Origin: Octopus vulgaris
Lineage: Eukaryota
Length of the DNA stretch: 124,000 bases
NCBI GenBank assembly: GCA_951406725.2
Contig: OX597815.1
Span: forward strand, 35,484,001 to 35,608,000
Direction: 5' to 3'
Under the pieces are notes generated by a model. The model did no database searches. It was not told the DNA's origin and saw only the letters and a list, made by a program, of their open reading frames with translations. Positions 114,757 to 124,000 of this stretch are shown here, one piece after another. The translations under genes were made by a program, and so were the position numbers. How positions within the stretch are numbered: position 1 is the stretch's first letter; each line of letters starts with the position of its first letter.

Positions 114757-115965
114757 TTATCATTGTTACATTTCTCAAATTGATTGTATGTCGATATCTT
114801 TTGATCAGGAGCGAGTCATAACCATTGACCATGGGTCCTGTGAACTTTCTCATTCCAGTTACATTGACACAACTCTTCTCAAAATATTGGCTGTTCCAAG
114901 TAGTGCTGTTTTTCTGAAGTATCGGTGTTGATAGTGAATACAAGTTTGTCGAGCTACTTCTGAAATTAGTTTGTTACGGTTCCAAGTGCCCCTATTACAA
115001 GAGGTATAACCTCCACCTTCTACAGTTCCATAATAATTATTATTCAGTAGTCTTATTTTAATCACGTACTTTCACTGCAATACCGAGCGCAACTCTGTGC
115101 TGTGGTTTGTTGTGATACTCTTATTTTTACAGTATTGAACGTGTTTTACGTAGGATGTGTGCGGTGCCTATTAGTGCTATTTTCTGTATGTTATATATAC
115201 TTGTTAATCCTGATATTTTTATTATGTATTTGTCTGAATATGCTTTTATCAAACCTAATGCACATGGCCTAGTGGTTAGAGCAGCGGTCGAGGGATCGCG
115301 GGTTCGAATCTCAGACCGGGTGATGTGTGTGTTTATGAGCAAAACACCTAAGCTCCACGCGGCTCCGGCAGAAGGTAATGGCGAACTTCTGCTGACTCTT
115401 TCGCCACAACTTTCTCTCACTCTTTCCTCCTGCATCTTGCAGCTGATCTACGACAGACCGGCGTCCCGTCCAGGTGGCGAACCTATTCGCTAAGGAAACC
115501 GGGAAACTGGCCCTTATGAGCCAGGCATGGCTTGAGAAGGAACAAACAATGCCTCGATTATGTGAGGAATTATTTCTGTTTTTAAACTCCACATTCGAGT
115601 TAGCTTTATTTCCAGAGTTTTGTATTTTGAAGAGAAACATTATCATCTGTTGGTATTGATCCATTGATTAGAAAGCACTTGTTTTCTTGTTGATCTCTGA
115701 CAACTATATCCGGCCTATTGGTCTTAATTTCTGGCATATCCCAGAGTATGGTTGCTTTCTCATTTTCTGTGACCTTTTCTTGTGTGTGCCTATAACATCT
115801 TTTTTCTGTTATTACTCCATAGAGTTGGCATAGCTTCCAGTGTATATAGATTATAACTCTGTTGTGTCTGAATATATTCCTTTTTAGTCAGACTGGGCAG
115901 CCAGAGACAATATGATTTATTGTTTCTTGTCCATCTCCACATATTCTACAGTTACTTGTATTTCG
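114757..115965 (-). mobile_element. two adjacent R4/Dong-like 3' fragments; the upstream one is interrupted by a SINE (115258-115545)
   Basis: CRICGDGQETINHIVSGCP, RPDIVV, IQKIALIGTAHILRK and KTALLGTANILRRVVSM* peptides. Confidence 0.8.
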
Positions 115966-116217
115966 GATCTTTTCCTTTTGATGGACGGAATTCAACACAA
116001 TTTCTAGTTAACTAAACAATTTGAAACTTCGTATACTGGTAGAATGTGTCAAAAGAAAACATTATTTTCACTTGGCTTTTTTGAGAAAATTGTAATTTGT
116101 AAGTTTAACGTAGTTTAATTCTTCGAATTTTAACCAATGAATTGCCAGTATTGAACTCCTAATGAATATATAACAAATGCTGTATATTTGTTTAAATAAT
116201 CAAAAATGAAATACGTA

Positions 116218-117696
116218 GTAGGCGGCCTGGTGTGTGTTCGCTTTCGGGTTACGGTCTGTTATAATTTTTTTATCTGAAGTTTATAGTTGGATTGCCATTG
116301 ATTTTGTTGCAGGTTTTCCCTTTTGGGATCACTTTTTAAAAAAAATTATTTAAAACTGTTAGTGTCTTGCGACACATTGTTAGCTTTCACAGGCTTGTTT
116401 CCTGTTGGCTTCCCCCTTTGGTGGGTGAAGCGTTTACATTTTGTGTAGGATGTCCAACACAAAATGGATGACAACACATTTTACGAGCCCTGGGAGAGGA
116501 CTACACAAGTGATTCCGGTGACAGTACGGACGCGGCACGAAGAAGGATGAAACGTTACAACATCAAGCCTGAGGCAGACAAGAAGTTCCAGACATTTCTT
116601 CAGGGGAAGAGAGACAACGTGAGGCTAAATCCCACCAAGAAGGTGATGGAAGGAATTAAGAGAACAACAATTGTTTAAAGGACGCTATGTTTGAAGACCA
116701 GAAAAATAGAGATAGCGTCAATAGAGGACATTGAAAAGCATTAAAGCCTATTATGTATAAATTGGTGTACGTTAAGCGCGGAAGAAAGTTTGGAACGGTG
116801 GAGGCGCAGTTTGTGACTGAGAGCGATGCCATCATGCAAACAAGCAGATTAGCTCTTTTACCGTTATGTCTCAGCAAAAGAAAGACGAAAATAATGATAA
116901 ACGGGTTCGATCCGGAAATCAAACCAATGTGGCACCTGGCGGCGGCCTTCGCCAACATAAAAGAAGTGACTCTATTGGAGTTGGAAGAAAAAGGTACCCA
117001 GAACTGATGTGGAAGGGGCGTAAGAACAACAATCCAGGCCACACCAACAGATATTGATAGCATACCGGAGTTTGTTATCCTTCCCTATGATACAAGAGTG
117101 AAGGTCGCTGCTCAGGGCAGAGTACCAAAGTGCTTCGGATGTGGGCAGAAAGCCAGATGGAAGCAAGTATGAAGCAGGAGGAGGTGATGGTGGAGACAGA
117201 GAAAGACACACCGTCTACTTCAAGGGTTAAGGTTTTAGGGTTAAGGTTGTCATAAATAACAGTGACAAACAAAATATACACCGCCGGAAGTTCTTGTTGA
117301 CAAACAACAGCAGTAATTTTATTCAGCTGAATACACGTCATTGATTGGTTGAAATTACCGAAATACAAGAACTTTGACGTGAAATAACATCGTAAATATA
117401 AGTTTTTCTTAAAAATGCGAAGAGTAAAAGATATTTTATATGACACACATTCTACCAGTGTCCGAAGTTTGAAAGTGTTTAGTTACAAAAATTATTTTTT
117501 AACTCAGTAGGTCAAAAGATAAAGATCCAAAAAATGTTCAATGATGTTGCTTGGATGGTGGGGCACGGGTGACTATCATTTCACCTTTTCATTTATTAAT
117601 CATACATCTGCTCATTCGATTTTTTTTCGGCCCCATATGTAATGTCCTGTATTGTCCCCTCTTTGTTGGTTCCTTGTGGACAATAGAAAGAATGAG
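116218..117696 (+). mobile_element. decayed ORF1-only (HAL1-like) non-LTR element E1, with a MITE inserted at about 117205-117530
   Basis: KRGRKFGTVEAQF..., GRVPKCFGCGQK zinc-knuckle remnant; no ORF2; 3' end resembles the SINE A tail. Confidence 0.6.
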
Positions 117697-117702
117697 TACG
117701 TA

Positions 117703-119955
117703 GCTGGTGGTTTGAGATATTCGTATCGGAGTTAATTTTGTCGTGTTATTTGTTAGACGTAAGTCACTTTGTTGAATATTTGTTGAAGGTCTCCCTTCGG
117801 CGGTGTACCCAAGATTATTGATTGTTACTATTGAAATTGTTGATTATTGTTATTTTTGAATTGTTATTTTTTTCCCCATTGTGGGAAAAATGGAGAAGGT
117901 GCCAACAGGAGGCCACAGCTATGCGGCTTCAACCGGTAGAGGAACAGAGGTTGATGCGCTGGAGTTGCAATAAGTAAAAGTCGAGCCAAAGAAAATGAAA
118001 GAATGTGAGAAATTGCTGGAAAAGGAAGGAAATACACTGAGACTAACGCCGCCTGCAGAACTTACAAGTAATGTAACCAAAAGGATAGTGAATTTATAAA
118101 ACACTGAAGGTAGCAAGCAGAAAGATCGAATTTGTAACAATCGAGGCTATTGAGGAATGGTTGAAGGAAATAAAGAGGCTGACCACGTTCATTAGCAAAG
118201 GAAGAAAGTACGGCACTGCGGAGGTGCGTTTCGCGACGGAGGATGAAGCGATTAAGCACTCCACAGTAGCCATAAGAACAGAGGAATGGGTACTTTTGCT
118301 GTCCTATTGTGGCAAGCGTGTTGCCAGAGTAAGAGTTAGCAAAGTGCCACCAGAGATAAAAGAAACATGGCTTATGGCAGCCATTATGTTTAATATGGAG
118401 GAGGAGGCCAAGATTCTCAAGGCCACAAGAACCAAAAGGGTGAACTATTGGGGATATGGCATAGAAATGGCCATTCAAGCGAATATAGAAGACCTCAATA
118501 GAATTGCGGAAGAAATAGTTCTGCCTGAGGACGTAAGGCTGCGAGTGGTGGTGAAAAAGGTCACATTACGGCGAGGTGCCCCCAGAGAGAACAACAGATG
118601 AAACAGACTGAGAAGCAACAAAGTGCAGACCAAGTGGTACAAGTCGAGGTAAAGGAGACAAGAACGGATGAAGAATTTACGGTAGTAAAAAAAAAAACGA
118701 AAGAGAAGTGATAGAGTAAGCTCTCCGTCAGCGAGGCAGAAAAAGAAGAAAGAAACGGTAGAGAAAGAAGTTATGAAGGAAGTCAGAAGGAAGGAAAATA
118801 AAATGGTGATTGACAAGGAGATCGAAAAGGAACTTGAAAAGGAGATCGAAGAGGAGTTTCAGAAGGAGGAGGATTCAGGAGAACAATTAAAAGGAAGGAA
118901 GGAAGCACTCCGTCGGTTACGACGATGAGGGTTCCGGTTGATCCGAATCAACGGAACAGCCTGCTCGTGAAATTAAAGTGTAAGTGGCTGAAAACTTCAC
119001 AGACACGTGTACCCTTAACGTAGTTCTCGGGGATATACAGCGTGTCACAGAGAGTGACAAGGCCGGCCCTTTGAAATACAGGTACAACAGAAACAGGAAG
119101 TAAGAGAAAGTTGTGGTGAAAGAGTACAGCAGGGATCACCACCATCCCTGCCTGAGCCTCGTGGAGCTTTAGGTGTTTTCGCTCAATAAACACTCACAAC
119201 GCCCGGTCTGGGAATCGAAACCGCGATCCTATGACCGCGAGTCCGCTGCCCTAACCACTGGGCCATTGCGCCTCCACGGAGAACAATTAAACGAGGGTGA
119301 AATGGAGAGATTATTCAGAATGGAAAGAGAAAAGGTACCAGCAGTGGAGCAGGAAAAGGGAAAGCAAGTAAGAAAGCCCCCAAAATATCGATGGAATTTT
119401 GTGACATAGGCGAAAAACAAGGAAACAGAACAGAAAATAATGAAATTTAAGTCTATCATAAGGGTGAAGCTGCCCATTGTTGTGTATTCGGAGAATGTGA
119501 AGGCCATTGTGGTCGACAGGGAGAAATACAACAGGCTAAGAGATGTGTGTGGAGAGGGAATTGATCCGCCAGGAGTAGCGGTGCAGTTCGATGGATTACC
119601 ACCAGTAGTGGAACTGAAAGATCTCGAACCTTTTATGAAATATTAAAAAAGGAAAAAAGTAAGTGAAATTGTTTATTTGAAAAAAAGAAAAGAAGTAAAA
119701 TTGTTTTATTTAAAAAAAAAAAAGAGAGAGAGAGAAACGATGATAATGGGAAAAAATAAAGGAAATTGAACGATTGTAAACAGTGTATTAAACGTTCAAA
119801 TGGTACTGCATGAGGAGTGGGGCCCATGCAGCCATTTCATTTTCATTATATATCTTCATTTTCATTCGCTTTGTTTTTGTCCCCACTGTGATGTTCTGTC
119901 TGTGACCTTGTAGTGCCCCCTCTGTGTTATGGCCGTAGAGTCAAATAAAGAACAG
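117703..119955 (+). mobile_element. ORF1-only (HAL1-like) non-LTR element E2
   Basis: ATG 117890 (SYAA motif); L1/Tx1-ORF1-like KGRKYGTAEVRF...RVRVSKVPPEI...LRVVV; E/K-rich linker; C-terminus ends at 119646; 3' UTR ends in a SINE-A-like tail; no EN/RT. Confidence 0.65.
118892..119277 (-). mobile_element. SINE family B inserted in E2 with a 14-bp TSD
   Basis: TSD ggagaacaattaaa at 118878-118891 and 119278-119291. Confidence 0.92.
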
Positions 119956-120514
119956 TACGTATAAGCGGTCAAGAAAATAAATACATAATTAAAAACCGCC
120001 AGTCACATGGCATGTGTGAATTTCAGGTGTACTCGTCTGCTTTTTTTTTTTATATATATATTGTTGATTACCCCTTCTCCTTTCTGCTGTTGGTTGTGCC
120101 TCCTTCGCAGTTTACAGCTATTTGATCTTTGTTCCTATACCGGTGCTTGCGAAATAAGCAAACTACAAAACTTAATACACACCCACATCATACACAGAGG
120201 ACGAACTGACACATTACAAAGCCGATATGTTTTCCACTCCAACAATGTATCTACTCAACATTCGTCGAAAAAACAAACTACAAGATAAGACTATCTTATT
120301 TACATAGTTGCTTGATTACAGATACTAGGTTTGAGCTATGTTCTCTACAACCCACTCATGCACTGAATTTCCTCAATCTGGTTACAAATGATTTCCGCCA
120401 GAACAGACATTTTATCTATCAATCTTATCGCACCCGTTTCCTGATTATACCGATTGTTAAAGGATGTAAAATGTATTTTAATATACTGTCCAGGTAAAAA
120501 GTGGTGAACTGGCA

Positions 120515-121030
120515 GAATCTTTTCTACTCTAAGCACAAGACCCGGAATTTTGGGGAAGGGGGGCAGTCGATTAGATCGACCCCAGTACGCAACTGGTACT
120601 TAATTTATCGACTCCGAAAGGATGAAAGGCAAAGTCGACCTCCGCGGAATTTGAACTCAGGACATAAAGACAGACGAAATACCTATACAGAGGGGACAAA
120701 CAAGGACAGACAAACGGATTAAGTCGATTATATCGACCCCAGTGCGTAACTGGTACTTATATAATCGACCCCGAAAGGACGAAAGGCAAAGTCGACCTCG
120801 GCGGAATTTGAACTCAGAACGTAGCGGCAGACGAAATACCTATTTCTTTACTACACACAAGGGGCTAAACACAGAGAGGACAAACAAGGACAGACAAACA
120901 GATTAAGACGATTATATCGATCTCAGTGCGTAACTGGTACTTATTTAATCGACCCCGAAAGGATGAAAGGTAAAGTCGACCTCGGCAGAATTTGAACTCA
121001 GAACGTAGCGGCAGACGAAATACCGCTAAG
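120515..121030 (-). mobile_element. SINE family A multimer (3 tandem body units)
   Basis: Repeated gaaaggatgaaaggcaaagtcgacctc units. Confidence 0.85.
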
Positions 121031-121599
121031 CATTTCGTCTGTGTCTACGTGGAGTTCAAATTCCGTCGAATTCCATCCTTTTGGGATCGATGAAATAAGT
121101 ACCAGTTGAGTACTGGGGTCGAGTCAATCGAATTGCTCCCACCCACCCAAACTGCTGGCCTTGTGCCAAAATTTGAAACAAATATACTACCCAGGTAACG
121201 CGGCGAGCTGGCAGAACCGTTACGGCGCTGAGTAGAATGCTTAGCGGCATTTCGTCCGTCTTTATGTTCTGAGTTTAACTGCTGCCGGTGTCGACTTTGC
121301 CTTTCATCCTTTCGGAGTCGATAAAATAAGTACCAATTGAGTACTGGGGTCGATGTAATTGACTTATCCCTGAAATTGACAGCCTCGTGCCAAAATATGA
121401 AATCAATGCACTACCCAGGTGAAGCAGTGCCGGGTTGGCAGAATTAGTAGAGCATGGAAACAAAATGCTTTGTGGCATCTAATTGTGATTCTTTATGCTC
121501 TGAGTTCAAATTACACCGAAGTCAATTTTGATTTCTGTTCCTCCCGATCGATAAAATAAGGGCCAATAAAGTACAAAGATCAAAATACTCAATTATACC

Positions 121600-122340
121600 C
121601 AGCTCAACGCACTCAAAAAGTTTCTGACCTGGTGACAGCAATGCTAGAAATCAACAATAATTTGGAAAGAGTATGGTCAATGGAATCTGCGATTTGGCTT
121701 CAATTCTCAACCTACGCAGTCAATAAAGTCGAGAAAGAAAAGGCTTCAGGTAACTGACATGGACAGATCTCCATAGAAACCACATGTAGTTGATTACGAA
121801 TAAACAGCTCAAGCAGAAGCCAACTAATGCCTGTTGTCGATATGGCTTTTGAAACCGGAAACTAACTGGCAGATCCTTCAATTATTATATCAAACTAACT
121901 CTTTCTGAAAATGGTTACTCAGAGGAGGTCGTTTTAAGAATTTTCTGTATGTTAATCAATTTTGCTCCACTTGTTTTCAGTTGGGGTATGTTAGTCGCAA
122001 AAAGTGCTCTCATTACATCTGATTAGGTTACGTTTTCCATAATATAGGTTGTAGATGTTCCCAGATTAAGTTGGACATATGGAGTTCACTATCAGGTACT
122101 CACTGAAAGAGACTTAGAACATTGTAAATGGTTTATGACAACCCGTTGTCAAAGTGGGACGACTGGATGCAGCTGTTTTGGCGCTGGCCGTCTGGCACAG
122201 GAGTTTTAGCTCCAAATCCATTTTGTACCTGACTAGAGCTTCTCTCCGAACTCCAGGGAAATTTTGCTAAAAATGTAATTGGCTATTCCCAAACGTGTTA
122301 TAAATTGCAAGAATTTCATGTAAACTCTTCTAAATTGTTA
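121600..122340 (+). mobile_element. possible decayed Penelope-like fragment
   Basis: Degenerate coding-like tract; weak motif resemblance only. Confidence 0.3.
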
Positions 122341-123659
122341 ATGTATACCTGACTTTATTTTCACAAATACAAAGTTTTTACATTATTTATCAAATGCATT
122401 AGAGATTACTACTGTATTTGATGGCAAATAAGACGCATTTTTTATTTCAAAAAATGTCTTAAAAAATTGCCTGTATATGGAGTTGGGCCCATAATACATG
122501 CTTAAATGCACTAAATTCTTTCTTTTTAAGACGCGCTACCGAAATTGAGATGCGTTTATGACCGTGCATCATCTATGCCATCAAATATGGTAAATTTTAT
122601 CTAATGCCAATTATGGTTTTCTCTCGCTTTCATTCGCATCACACCCTTTCACTTCGTCACAGGCCATTTTATGTACATAATACGAAAGATCACCGAAACT
122701 TGTATCAAATTACCCTTTTGGATTTAAAACTTTAATCCGCTTGACATTCTTTCGTTAAGAGTATATAAATTAGCCGACGACTTGTTCTCTACTTATATCT
122801 ATGAGAGTTCAAATGGTGTATGTACACAATGTGTCATTCATCTACTGTACTAGATATTATCATTTTATTTCATTTTCTGGTTTTTGAGGCGCAGGCCACT
122901 GCACGGGGTCTTGATTAAGTGTCTTCTGCTATAATCTCGGACCGACCAATGTTTTAAGAGTGAATTTGGTAAACGGAAACTGTGGAATCCCGTCGCAAAT
123001 ATATAGACATATGTATGTATAAGTATGTCTTTGTGATATATTCCAGTGATTGTCCCCACCACCATTGGTTGACAACTGGTGTTGGTGTGTTTGTCCTCGT
123101 AACTTAGTGGTTCGGCAAAAGAAATCGATATAAGTACCAGACTTTGAAAAATATGGTACCGGGGTCAGAGCGGCATCCCCACTGTAGTCCAGTGACGAAA
123201 ACAAGCCAAAAGATTTACAAGGCACAGACAGACGGACATTTCATGCTATATAATCCGTTCATTTTAATTTTGGGATTTTAATAAGAACTAATAGACATGC
123301 ATACATACATGCAGACATATATACATGCATACATACATATTCATACCAACAATAATTGGATCACTAGGTTTTGTTAGTAAATGCTTAAATGAGAATCTGG
123401 ATACACTGGGATTTTCAGAAAGAGAAATCGACCGGCTAATTCGTAGTGCAATCTGTGAGTGGAACAGTAAAAATATGTAAGACTTTTCTCAAGTTCCAAG
123501 GGTGAATTTGTGTTAACTACATCCCAAAGATGCAACCTCGTATCCTTCTTGGAAACCGGCTCCCTCTTCAGTGGAAGATTTATAATACTTAAAAAATAGA
123601 AGAAACACATACAGATATACATAACAAATAATAGAAACGGAAAATGGAGTATACAAGAA

Positions 123660-123960
123660 ACTTTATTGCTCTCGATGATCGTTTCGACCCATTCTGCATC
123701 GATCTCTTGCGGGTGGGATACTGTACAACTTGTCGTGATGCATCCTTCGATGCAGAAGTGCCTCGTCAGGTGAGGTTATAAGGGGTATCTGGTTAAATAA
123801 ATTTTGTTTAACTCGGTTTTAATACAGCATGTTGTTAGTGACCATAGGTTTAAGCCGTTGGGCAGGAATGGCGAGGGACAGATTCCGTTGCTATATTACA
123901 GACAGCTGTCTACATTCTTTTAGTAGTAAATCAAAGACAGGATTTTTTTTATATTACCGA
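123660..123960 (-). mobile_element. Penelope-like 3' end with a degenerate hammerhead
   Basis: LPNGLN C-terminal motif followed by CUGACGA ... GAAA with a 10-bp stem ttctgcatcg/cgatgcagaa. Confidence 0.55.
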
Positions 123961-124000
123961 TAGTTCTCCGATACCAATTCTCTTGCTTCATTGCTGGACA

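Overview
AT-rich eukaryotic genomic DNA, almost certainly from an octopus (coleoid cephalopod). This is inferred from the repeat families and the extreme microsatellite load; no database was consulted. Three nuclear genes for mitochondrial proteins were reconstructed by hand with consistent splice phases. They are WARS2 (+, 7 exons, 40672-54763, 384 aa), an intronless MRPL49 ORF (-, 61615-62184, 189 aa) and PYROXD2 (+, 16 exons including a 20-nt microexon, 69937-106376, 589 aa). A possible orphan exon lies at 1748-1864. The rest is repeat: several tRNA-derived SINE families, RTE LINE fragments with (GAT)n tails, R4/Dong-like LINE fragments sitting in (TAA)n arrays, Penelope-like remnants, mariner/pogo/piggyBac/Helentron-type DNA elements and microsatellites. 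Nearly all ORFs in the supplied track are microsatellite or TE artefacts. The most interesting signals are five. (1) A tRNA-headed (Pol III A/B box) SINE-like element carries an intact minimal hammerhead ribozyme at about 81.0-81.3 kb. (2) A second intact hammerhead lies inside a 55-bp inverted repeat at 19.9 kb. (3) Two head-to-tail ORF1-only (HAL1-like) retroelements have 3' ends matching the tail of the most abundant SINE. (4) Paired inverted copies of an AGTTRYYTCCCTT-like motif sit just upstream of both the WARS2 and MRPL49 start codons. (5) A tandem duplication in WARS2 intron 2 has its internal palindrome flipped in the second copy. TE boundaries are approximate unless a TSD or TIR is quoted.
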